Source: Eledone cirrhosa (lineage: Eukaryota). Taken from it: 64,000 bases of DNA. Both the position numbers and the translations under genes were made by a program. The DNA is taken from the NCBI GenBank assembly GCA_964016885.1, contig OZ024745.1, forward strand, positions 45,012,001 through 45,076,000, read 5' to 3'. The notes under the pieces were generated by a model. That model worked only from the letters and a program-made list of their open reading frames with translations. It was not told the origin of the DNA and did not search any database. This document shows, in pieces, positions 1 to 12,800 of the stretch (position 1 is the first letter of the stretch; each line of letters opens with the position of its first letter).

Positions 1-37
1 TTCAGATAAAGAATCTTCCTAAACAAATTCAGAAACG

Positions 38-79
<42 letters not shown>

Positions 80-82
80 TCA

Positions 83-482
83 CTCTCAGTTCCCAACTGA
101 TAGGGGGTGTGTGAATAAGTTTGGAGGGTGTTGGAAAATCAGTAATTTATTTAGGTCTCTGTTGATATTTTTGAAACCCAGAATTAGTTGTTTAGTTTAT
201 ATATTGAGACTCCAACCCATCCTATTTATTTTATAACGTATGGGATTTTTTGTAATGTCCTTTTTTCTCATGTATAATGTTTTATAATGTATAAAGAAAA
301 TTAATTTTATAAATGTATAAAGAAAATTAATATACCACTTGGAATATAATTTCGCCAGAGATAGATTAGCTAATTTAATAAGCAGTGGGGTTGGAATAAG
401 AGTGCGTGGGGACAAGGTGGTGGAAAAAATCTGAAAAAAATCAATAAGTGGTGGGAGGGGACGATTATTCGAGACCTGAGAT
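83..482. mobile_element. possible decayed non-autonomous DNA transposon
   Basis: ctctcag start and ttattcgagacctgag end, with internal G-rich aataag repeats; terminal match is weak. Confidence 0.3.
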
Positions 483-671
483 ACTATACTCCTGTTATCA
501 CCATATATAATGATTTATAGCATAGGCACAAGGTCACACATTTTTCTGAAGGATAGAACAGTCGATTATATTAATCTTGTATGTTATTGAAGTATTGTTT
601 TGTATGAAATATGCTTATTACCTATTGAAGATTTGGTATTAATAACAAGAGTGGCAATGACAGTTTGTTAA

Positions 672-892
672 CCCTTAAGCATTTCCATTACTCTATGTTT
701 ACTATTCTATTTTCACAGGAAAAGCTTTATCTTACATAATTATCTCACATAATATTGAATCTAGGAGATTTTGATATTATTTATTTTGAGAACAATACTT
801 TAACATCAGTATGAGTGGCTGGTTACAACCAGCTTGAACAGAAATAGGTGAGAGAATTCTGGCCATATATAGCCACTTTAATTGCTAAAGGG
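672..892. mobile_element. piggyBac-like MITE
   Basis: TTAA-cccttaagca ... tgctaaaggg-TTAA. Confidence 0.7.
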
Positions 893-1315
893 TTAACGAA
901 TACATTGCAGATAAATGGGTTACATACATTCCTGATGCTTGACATGGTTATGATGTTGCATAATGGAGGATTGTTTTGATGAAGCATCCACTTATTTCAT
1001 CTGCCTCACTGCTTTACACATGGTATAATACAAGCAGATATAATTTTAACAGTTGTTATTCTAGGCAGGTTTTATAAGTTCATACCAACTTGCCTAACCC
1101 TAACCCTTGATCCCTCTGTTCCAGCCTGATCGAGGTGTTGTCATTGGTGAAGTTTCCAGTTTTGCTACATTATGTAATTATTGCTATTTGTATTCTGGTT
1201 GTGCACTAATGCCATTGTTTGATGAGTAGCTTACCTAAACTTTTCAGATACTTTAATAATGTTAACAAGCCTCTTTTTCTTTTTTTTTCTGGTAAACCTT
1301 TATTTCTATATTCAG

Positions 1316-1398
1316 TGAAACAAATCTGAAAGTGAGGCAAGCTCTACCTGAAACTGCTGTAATGGGTGATGATCTAGAGCAGTTGTCAAAACTTAATG
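1316..1398 (+). CDS. ATP8B: flippase exon (A-domain, [13 protein letters not shown])
   Basis: ttcag acceptor, gtaaat donor; continues the DGET motif. Confidence 0.9.
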
Positions 1399-4300
1399 GT
1401 AAATCCTTTAATTATTTTCTAGCATGAACATTCTGTGATTGTTTTTCTTCTTTTTAAAATAATAAAATAATAATAATGAAATTATTGTGTACAGTGCTCA
1501 GGTGCACTACAACTCGTCAAAGGTGCATATATAGTACATAGAATAATATACAAATGCCAGGGAAGTGAATAGTGTACGAGTCATGATATACATGTGTGCG
1601 TGTGTATGGAGGGGGAATATTAGGTGTAGTGTTGGCGAATCTCAGGAAGCATGGAGGTTTTAAAGGATGCAGTGTCTCGACAGCTAACAACAGATGCAGG
1701 TAGTTTGTTCCATGCTTCAGCAACTCTGAGTGTGAAAAGAGAACTATATCTTCCGTCTTCTGTCTGTTTCTTACATGGTATTTATTTCATAAAGGGTTGG
1801 ATTTAAAAAAAGTCTTAATATGTTAAATATTGGCACACACATGATTATATGGTTAAGTAGTTTGCCTCGAAACTATGTGGTTTCAAGTTCAATTTCACTG
1901 CCTTTGTGCTTATGTTCAGACTAGTCTAGACATTGGTGCTGTTTATGATGTGTCCCTTTATGTCCTGTAACTTAGAAATTGAACAAATATCCATAAACCC
2001 TTGAAAGCATGTTAAACCCCAGTATGTCTGCAGTCCAATGACTGAAGCCAATACATGAATAGTTTCCAAGTGTTCAATAAACTAATATTCTCGCCATCTT
2101 TAACAGAAGGTAACTAACTAGCTGTCAGTATAGAAATCTGGTACTTCAGTAATTGAGATGAGATTATTGAGTGTATACATAATTGTTATTGAAATTAACA
2201 AAGACTTCAAATAGCAGCAACAGCTCACTTATTGATAGTGATTTATATCAATTTAAGATATTATCTTTATTATAAACAGTAGGAAGATAGATAACAATCT
2301 GCTTAATGTATGGAGGATTAAAAAAAACTAAAGGAGAATAATATATGCACTGAGAAAATATGTTATTTGATGACTATTGTTATTCTTGTTTCTTTTGCTG
2401 GTCTTAGTCATTTAACTGTGGTCATGCTGGAGCACACTTTTAAAGGGATTTAGTTGATCATATCGAACCCAGTAGTTAGTTTTCAAGTCTGGTGCTTATT
2501 TCTTTAATTTGTTTTCATCGAATTGTTAGGTTTCGAAACATAAACAAATAGTAAACACACATACCCACATATCCATACACAAACGTCTGCACAATTTCCA
2601 TCTATAAAGGTTTTCTCACCAGGGATTGGTCAACCTGAGATTATAGATAATTATGGTTATACTTTACTGAGGAGGTCAAAAGAAGTTGTTGTCCCCACAT
2701 GCTAGAAAACATGTAACTATAGCCAATATGAAACCTACATGGTAGAAATAGTGACCAAATCTTTCTCAAATCACACCTTATATTATTCATCAACTAATTG
2801 CTTTTTTCTCACACTATATTTTATTCTAGTTTAACTTTTGAATACTCTCATCATTAAGTATATTGACATCCATTTATTTAATCGATAAATTTTGTTTAAC
2901 TTATTGTCATTCCTCAGTTATACTTTATAAGGTATCTAGTTGAAGATTTTTAATATATGTTACATATAATTATTTAGCCCCTTGGCAACCTTGATTGAGC
3001 AGACCTATGTTCAGAGCTATTCCAACTGTGATCATTGTATCTTTTTAGGGATATTTAAGAACTTCATTGTTTAATGTATTCTGTCATTATAAAGGATGAT
3101 ATGGTGTGATTTAGGAAAGATTTAGCTGCTATTTCTACCATGTAGTGCAACCATGTAGAGGGTTTCATATTGGCTCTAGTTACATGTAGTTACTATTGTT
3201 GGTGGCTAACATGCCAACTTTCTCTAATGCAAGAGTAATCTATTAAAAAACATTGATCTATAGATAACTAATACAAATGAAATTGTCATGGGCAACAGTG
3301 TGTATTATGTTTGTTTTTAGTCACAAGTTTTTATGTTTTCATGGCCTATATTTATGTTCTATTTATCCTGCTTTGTAATAAAAGGTAGGGATGATTGAAC
3401 AAAACGAAAACCTATGTTTAGGTACAGAATCTGGGCTGTGCTGTGAACAGAAGGTTGTGCTGTTGAATAACATATTTTGGAGACAATAGAAACTATAGTA
3501 AAATCACCCTCATGTTGCCATCATTAAGCAAATCTATTATCAAAAATATTTCAAGCATAATGTCTTTTTGGTGTTTCATTATTCAATGTACCTTTAGTTA
3601 AAATTATAAGGAGTCATTTGAGAGAGATCCAGTTGCTATCTCTAGCAGATTGACAGACCATGTAGAGACTCTTTCATTGGCTGTGTGAGAATTTTGATTA
3701 CATTATTAAATGGTTAAAATAGTAGCTTGGTATCAAGCTATTATTCCCTTACTAGCTCCTATGACGATATAACCAATTTACATTGACGTTTTGAAACTAT
3801 CAAATACCTCACCTAAGTTGACTAATTATTCATAGGCATGGTTGTGTAGTTAAAGAGTTCATATCACAACCACATAGTTCCGAGTTTAGTCACAGTGCAT
3901 GGCACCTGGGGCAAGTGTTTTCTACTATAGCTTTAGATTGACCAATGTTTTGTGAGTAGAATTTAGTAGATGAAGACTGCAAAAGCCCATCATGTATATG
4001 TATATATATGATGGAGTCTCCTCTCAAAAAACGATGTGTGAGTGTTCAACAGAAGATAAAGCAAAAGCAGATCTCGGGCAAGAACTGGTTAGTGGAATTC
4101 AGCAAAGAAAATGTCCCAATGATATCCCATTTGGTGAGCATGTAATTGTAATTTAAGCATTTCTATAGGGATGGTTACAGACACTACATGTCAAGTTTTC
4201 AGGAATGATATCAGTCTTGAGATGACTCTTTAACTCAGCATTTGACCTAGCTGAAAGGTTGCAATGAAGACATTGATAGTTTGTAGGAATGGGGCCATGT

Positions 4301-7300
4301 TAATAATTGGTATAAATGTATATATATATATATCATCATCATCATCACTGTTTAACATTCATTTTTTTCATGCTAGCATGGGTAAGACGAGTTGTCCTGT
4401 TATGAGACAAGTCAGATCAGATGACCATGTCTTACTCATACAGAACTGTTTCTGGCTTGGTGACACAACAAAGAACACCCAGTCAGCCCTGTAAGGTGGC
4501 CATGTTGGTGACACGACAAAAGCACCCAAGTCCAACAGCTGGATGCCTTTCCTAACGCCAACCACATTTACAGTGTGGACTGGGTGCCTTTTATCATGGT
4601 ACCAAAATGACCACTCTACAAGTTGGACTTGGGTGCTTTTGTCGTGTCACCAACATGGCCACCTTACAGGGCTGACTGGGTGCTCTTTGTTGTGTCACCA
4701 ACCCACCCACTCCACAGGGTAGACAGCACCTTTTGTCATGTAATCAACCTGCCCACTGCACTGGGAGGTCTGGTTGCCTTCTGCCTTGCCACCAACTCAC
4801 TCACTTTACAGAGTGGACTGGGTGCTTATTTGTCATGTCACCAGTATGACCATCTTGCCAGGAGAGCTAGGTGCTCTTTTGTTATGTTACCTTACAGGGA
4901 GAGCTAGGTGGTCTTTTGTCATCACAGCAGGATGACAGATGGATTAGGATGGTCTGTGTGCTTGTAGTGTAAATGTGAAAGAAGCTTGAGAGATGAGAGA
5001 AGTTGTATGCATTGAAGTAACTGAAGTTAAATATATTAGTGAGACATGGTTAAATAAGTTTAGAGAACAATGGAGATTGGAATGGATCTCTCTTGGTTTC
5101 AATGATCAGTATTCCAGTTGTTTGAACAGTCAACTCATGAAATTAACATGTAAGTGGCTGAGCATTCTACAGGCACATGTACCCTTAATGTAATTCTCAG
5201 GGAAATTCAGTGATACAGCATATGACAAGGCTTGTTCTTTGAATTACAGGTACAGTCCATCCAATGGGCATCTAAACAGTTTCTGCCCACTCAGTTTCAC
5301 TCACAAGGTATAGGTTGACCTGAGACTATGGTAATTACACTTGCCCAAAATACTACACATTGAAATTGAACCCAAGATGTAATGATTGCAAAGTGAACTT
5401 CTTAAACAATCAGCTATGCTACTTCCACTAGGAAAGAACAGAGGAATGGGAAATAGTCTAAACTCTGTCTCAAGCCAGGAGGCTCATCAAGTTGGTCTTA
5501 TCCCCGTTTTGAGGTGTGAAGCAACTGAGGGTCCAAGAATCCCCCCGGGACAGGGTGCCAATCTGTCACAGGGTTAAACCTGCAGCTATTGCTGGGACTC
5601 ATTGTCAGCTGAGTATACTGGAGCAACGTGAAATGAAGTGTTTTGCTCAAGAACACAACACACAAACAAACCCAGAACACAAACCCACAACATTATGATC
5701 ATAAGTCCAGCATATTTACCACTAAGCCACATGCCTCCACCTAATGGTGTAACTTTCTAAATAAGATGTAGGATTTGTGTGGTGTTTGTTGTTTTACTCC
5801 AGGTCAGCCCTAAACAAGCAAACCTATGATCAAAGGCATTCTTGTAACAATCTCATTAACCACATTAACAAGACATGATTGAAAAGTACACAACAGAACT
5901 ATGACTGCATCACATTAAAATTGTCATTATTCTAATATTGCATATTTTCACAATTATCTAACCACTAGTAAAGATACTATAGACATTTGAATTAACAAAT
6001 TTTGATTTTACATATTTTCTGCTAAGACAATCCCATAAATTATCAAATGTGTGTCCTTCCCTTATTTTAAAGATTATGAAGGAAATTTGGTTATTAGTAA
6101 CAATATGGTTTGCTAATTCAACACTGTGTAGAATCTTAACTAGTGGTCAGATCATTATGGAAATTTGCTATATTAAAGTAATGACTTTTAATGTGACAGT
6201 CATAGAGCTGTTTTGTATTTTACAAGAATGTCTTGTTAATGCAGATTCATATGGTGCAGGATGTTAAGTGCTTTCAAAGAGTAACAAAACAAGGTTGCTA
6301 GATTATAAACTATAGAGATGTTGTTAGTAATCCAGCATGTGAAGTTGAAAACCTCTGTGTTCCATCATAATGTTAATTTTTTTTTTTCATTTGTTTTTTA
6401 GTTGAGCTTGTTTGTGAAGCTCCAAATAATCGTCTGAATAAGTTTCAAGGAACCATGAAGTGCAAAGACCAGAGTTTCCCTTTAGACAACAACCATATTC
6501 TTCTGAGAGGATGTGTATTACGGAATACAAGATGGTGTTATGGTGTTGTGGTTTTTGCTGGTGCTGATACTAAACTCATGATGAATAGTGGTAAATCTGT
6601 CTTTAAACGCACGCACATTGATCGTCTAATGAATATTCTCATTGTTGGAGTAAGTATTATTCTATGCCAATACAATTATCATTATTTTGAATTCTGAGTT
6701 CAAATCCCACAGAGATTAGCTTTGTCTTTTATCTTTACAGGGTCGATAAATAAAACACCATTAATGTACTGGGATCGATTTAATCAACTTTCCCATCCCC
6801 CAAAATTGCTGGTCTTGGGCCTAAGTCTGAAATCATTATTTTTAATTCTTTTTATGAAGAATCTCTATTATTATTTATTTTTTATGGCATTATTGCTGGA
6901 AACATTTGTGCTACATTGTATTCAATATCTGTTAATTCTCTGTAGGATTTTATTTGCAGATAGACATTATAGAGTAAAAAATTGAATTCCTATTTTTAGT
7001 TGGTTATATGAATCTATAAATTGGATAAGTTGTTGTTTAGCCCATGTCATCCATGATCTGCAGATGTGATCTTCCGATCTCTCTGAATATATATGATTAC
7101 ATTATCCTATGTAATCTTTTTTTTTTTCTTAAGACAGAAAGGTTTGATTTGAGGGAATTTGACTGCTATTTCTAGCAGATCGACTGACTGCTTAGAGTCT
7201 CTATCATCGGCTCAAATTTAATACGAAACTGATCTAGAAGAAATCATGTTCAGACCTGGAGAGATAGGTTTTACCAGATTTTAAAAAATGCCCAAGAAAT

Positions 7301-9344
7301 GCTCTATATCACAGTGGCACTACTTTGACTCAATCAGGCGTTATACATACATTACCAGAGTAAAATTTATAAGGAGAGAGTGTTGGGGGAGGGGGAATAC
7401 TCTGTGGTTTAAGCAAAAAACAACTGAAATAGGGGATGCTTTAAGTTGTAATCTCACTTGCTAATAATGAGATATTTAATATACTTATAATAATAATGAA
7501 ATTATTGTGTACAGTGCTCAGGTGCACTACAATTCGTCAAAGGTGCATGTATAGTACATAGAATAATGAAAGACTTATTTTAACCCTTTAATGTTCAAAA
7601 CGGCCCAAACCAGCCAGAATTCTCTACCTTTTTCTGTTGAAACTGGCTGTAACTGGTCACTCAAACTGATGTTAAGGTATTGTTCTCAAAATAAATACTT
7701 TCAAAATCTTATAGATTCAATATTATGTGAGATAAAGCCTTTACCATGAACATATAATAGTATATATAGAGTAATGTGAATGCTAAAGGGTTAAAGATTT
7801 ACAATTTCATTTTAATATATTAAATGTTTTCTTTTCAGATCTTTCATTTCCTTTTGTCAATGTGTCTCATATGTACAGTTGCATGTGGTGTATGGGAAAC
7901 AGTTACTGGCTACCGATTTCAAACTTATCTGCCATGGGAAGGTTTTGTCCCAGGATCAACAATTGGGGTCAAACAGGATTCAAAGATACGAGGAGTAACA
8001 ATAATTGCAGTTTTAGTATTTCTCTCCTATATAATTATTTTAAACACTGTGGTACCAATATCACTATATGTCAGGTAAGTACTCTGTTACATTTCTCTCT
8101 GTGTATAGAATATTTTTTTATGAATTCCTTCTTCAGACAATTCATCCATTGTTAAGATAAATACATCTCGTTGGCAGAATTGGTAGAACATTGGAAATGT
8201 GTTTTGTGGCATCTCCTTCAACTCTTGACAGTCTGAGTTCAAATCGGGCAGTCATCATTCTGCGGGGTGGGATAAAATAGTACCAATCAAGTACTAGGTC
8301 AATATCACTGGGCTCCATAAGCCGCAGTGAAAGGAACCCATGTAAAGGGGCAGAGACTCCAATTAAAAACGACCGCGTAGGGCAGACGTGGACTTCATAA
8401 GTTGTAGTGAAATTATCCCATCTAGAGGGCAGTGAATTCAATGAAAAACTACTGCGCGGGGCAGACGTGGACTTTGTAAGCGTTAATGAAAGCAACTCGT
8501 CAAACAGCGTGATTCAGAAAAAGAAAGCATTGTTGCTAATTAAAATTATCCATTCAAGCTTGCATTAAATGTAAATAATAATTAATTTACAAAATATTGT
8601 CTTCTATACTTCAATACTTGCGTGTAGATGAGCGTGTGATGACGATATGTAAAAACATTGAAATGCATCCACCACTCTTACCCTGGTTGCCAAACTAACT
8701 GTGATTTGGTCGCAGCTGAAAATCCTCAGACGAGACTAAACATACGCTCATATATGTAAACATTTATAGTTGTCAACAATCTTTCACGTGTCAGGGGAAA
8801 TAACTCTTCGTTGCCTTGTGCATTGTGAATTATATTATTTCCACTAGAATATCATCATTGTATCATTTAATCGCCTGCTTTTTATACTGGACAAGTCTAT
8901 ATAATTACATAATTTTACTTGACAGTTTTTCATAAATTTCCTTGTGAGCTATATATATATGTAAAGTTCTATTTAAATTGTTGGGATGCAACAAGCAAAT
9001 ATTTTTATAACTGATATAAAGCACTCAACAAATAATTGGAGTAAAAATACGATATTAACAAATGGAAACTATATTTATAAAACCATATTTATTTCATTAT
9101 ACATATTTCAAGGACACCAAGTTAAATTATGGTGTGCTTTCATCAGATAAAATAATGTTGGAAGCTCCCGGGAGCTTCCAACAGTAATGGTTGCATTCTT
9201 TAAGGGTATGTCAATATTTATTTATAAAACTGCTCTATATTATATTTTATCTGATGAAAGCACACCATAATTTAACTTGGTGTCCTTGAAATATGTATAA
9301 TGAAATAAATATGGTTTTATAAATATAGTTTCCATTTGTTAATA

Positions 9345-9408
<64 letters not shown>

Positions 9409-9811
9409 ATGATATTAATAAATGGAAACTATATTTATAAAACCATATTTATTCTATTATATATATTTCAAGGTACCAAAACTTTGGTATGCTCTCATCA
9501 GATAAAATACAAAGTTTGTTTTATAAATATTGACATATCCAGGAATGAGACCTTAACAGTTCAAGTTTTACCTGGATAGTTAAGGTCTCATTCCTGGATA
9601 TGTCAATATTTATAAAACAAACTTTGTATTTTATCTGATGAGAGTGTACCAAAGTTTTGGTACCCTTGACATATATATAATAGAATAAATATGGTTTTAT
9701 AAATATAGTTTCCATTTGTTAATATTATATTCCAGAAAACCTGTCGAGTGCTTCGAATCTGTTATAAATATATATATTTATTGAATTACCAACAAATTAA
9801 ATATCCCTTTG

Positions 9812-9868
<57 letters not shown>

Positions 9869-12800
9869 TTTGTGTAATCTACGTATTCTATTTTCCTATT
9901 CTTTTTATCCCAGTGTGGAAATGATCCGATTTGCTCACAGTTTAATGATCAATTGGGATGTAAAGATGTACTATGAGAAATCTGATACGCCAGCCAAAGT
10001 TCGAACAACAACTCTAAATGAAGAACTTGGTCAGATTGAATATATCTTCTCTGACAAGACAGGGACCCTAACCCAGGTGAGTGACTTGATATAGAAAGGG
10101 AATATGGTTGATTTTCAAGTGTCTGCTGCTGCTCTACAAGTGTACTGGCTGTTCTTATTTTCAACATATATTCCTTGATAGAATAATTGTTTCTACTTTA
10201 GGCACAAGGCCAGCAATTACCCAGTGCATTACTAACAAACACAGTCAGTCAAATCACACATCGATTTTAAAATTGATTTTGGCATTTAGGTTTGTTATAG
10301 GGAAGAAACAATTGCAACATTTTAATATTCAAATATTGATTTCTTTAATGTATTGGAATGTTAAATAGATAGAAATTCTTAGAGAAAATGTAGAAATCCC
10401 AAACACAGATATTAACTGTAACCAATTGCTATAAATAATAGCTTAGAAAATTGGGTAAAATAGTCCTATAGACAGAAAAATAGTGGCCAGCAACCACTAC
10501 AAAGAACTGAACTCCATACCTTTCAAATTCTAGAATTTTACCTAATTATTATAACTGTGGTTAGTTATTTTTTGATTTGGAGATTTCTACATTTTCTAAG
10601 AATTGATTTTTTTAATTATTAAGAACTAAGGTTAGAAGGGTTGCCATGTTTTGTTCATATGACCTGTTTTGGGCTTGGTTTTATATGGCTGAATACCCTC
10701 CCTAATGCCAACACAGCATGTATTGGGAGATTGTTTTCAAGGCACCAGCACTGCCACCTTATGTATTGGACTGGGTGCTTTTTGCTAGGGTATCAGCACA
10801 ACCACCTTACATGGTAGACCGGGTGCTGTTTATTGTGGCACTAGCACAACCATCTCTCAGAGTGGACAGAGTACTTTTTATTATGTTACCAGTGCTACGT
10901 TATTACAATATTTGGAGGCTGATAGTGACTATGGTTCAGCTAGGAGGCAATGATGAGAATAAGATGATAGAGCTTGCTAAGTGAGGAATATTTTGTAAAA
11001 ATATTTCAGTGATATTTTTTGTTTATTTACTATCTTAAGTATAACCTAGTCACTTCATTCAGAGTTCATATACAGGAGTTTAAATTACTGCCTAGCATAG
11101 ATAATAATCCTCCACTTGGGTTACAATTGGTCTATAAAAAATCCAACCTTCATCATCTATAATGCACAATAAAATTTTGAGACTTTTTTTAGGTAAAATA
11201 TAGTATACTAGCAGCAGGACCTGGTGTTGCACGGGGTAGGAAACATGAAAAAGCAACACGCATATGCAAAGATTGAGGAATCTAGCTGTGTACTTTTTGA
11301 ATTCCCTTATTCTCAGGGAATGATTGTTCATCTACTGGAAATGTAGAACATCATCAGGCCCGAATCGTGAAACATCTGCATGCATGTGCAAAATCTGAAG
11401 AAAATCAGCTGGATTCTCTTTAAGTGTACTAAATCTTAGAGTATGATTTTTCTTCCATTTGGAGAAAATCGGTTAGGTAGTTTTTGAGTTTTATAGATTC
11501 GCAACACAGCAACAAAGGTGCGACAAAAGGGGTCACTGTGGAATTAGCACAACCGCTGTTCGGCGTACTTGCGCAGAGCGTTCATACTGCGGTGTAGGTG
11601 CAACAAAAGGGGTCTTAGTAGAAGTAGCACAGACGGGAGTTTTACAGTGTCAGTAAAACGGCAACATACACAGGGCCCGGATTTGTGCGTGATGAAAGCA
11701 CGAAGCGTCAACAGGGCGCCGACAAAAATTTTAAGGTCCTCCTTATTTCCTCAATCCCTAGAAAATATTTCTGCTTAAAAGTAAGTGTTGTGTCCTCTGT
11801 TAAAAAAACCAAATTTTTAACGAAATATTATATGCTACTTACAATCTTTAAGTAGCATTTATATTGAAAATGAAAATGGCATTTAATGCCCGATGCTAAT
11901 TTGTAAATTTCCTAGAAACCAGATTATCGGATTATCTTTAAGTTATGCCTCAAAAATGCCTAAAAATTGCCTAAAAAATGCGGTTTTTCGCCTAATGCCT
12001 AGGGCAGAAAAAGTTAAAATATTTTTAGCCCATTGCACTTCCAAGAAATATAAGTAATGCATGTGTAAAGTTTGAAAAAAATTGGTCAGGTACTTCTTGA
12101 GTTTTAGGGATTTACACAGACAGACATATAGATCTGAGGCCAGGAAAACTAGTTGGAAAAGAGAAAAATGGAAATATGCTCTATTTATCAAACTTCTGTT
12201 TTCTGTTCATTGATCTTTATTGCTTATTTGTATTTTTTCTGTTTTTATAGAACATTATGACTTTTAATAAATGTTCCATCGATGGCAAATATTATGGGGA
12301 TTATGTTAATGAACATGGCAATAGTCTTGGAGTGAATAAGGTAAGTTTCATTGAAATATTATGGGGAATTTGAAGATTTAAAAAAAAACGAAAATTGGAT
12401 ATGCCTTTATTAACAATTATTCAGTTTATTAAAGCAATTCATAATGGATTATATATACAAATGGATGATAATTATAGTCCAAACATTGAAATTTAATTAT
12501 GAAAAAAAAAAAAAAATGATTCAACTTTCCATCATTATCGTTTTCTCATTTGTTTTGGTATAACTTAGGAGGTCACTTTTGAAACAATGTTTTACAACCA
12601 GATCCACTTCCACATGCTACTCCTTTTAGTTGCCTAACAACACACAGGGTATATTCTGAAACCGGGATACACAAGGATAATTATATATCAATACTGTCAT
12701 ATCACTGAAACCTAGATTTTTTTTCATATTTTGCTTCAGTTGCACCCAAGATGATTTATATTTATTTAGAAAAGAGTGTTTTGTTTGAAAGCTACCACAA

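Larger units (their letters stand above)
9053..9344. repeat. foldback 1: 102 bp inverted repeat arms with a 28 bp perfect palindrome in the spacer; probable Penelope-like element terminus
   Basis: 9053-9154 is the reverse complement of 9243-9344; palindrome at 9156-9183. Confidence 0.9.
9412..9725. repeat. foldback 2: ~146 bp inverted repeat arms, diverged relative of foldback 1
   Basis: 9412-9557 pairs with 9579-9725 with few mismatches. Confidence 0.9.

Noticed and set aside
4570-4920. Regularly spaced ~40 bp repeats resembling a CRISPR array
   Set aside because: Degenerate tandem units without unique spacers, inside a eukaryotic SINE, and no cas genes
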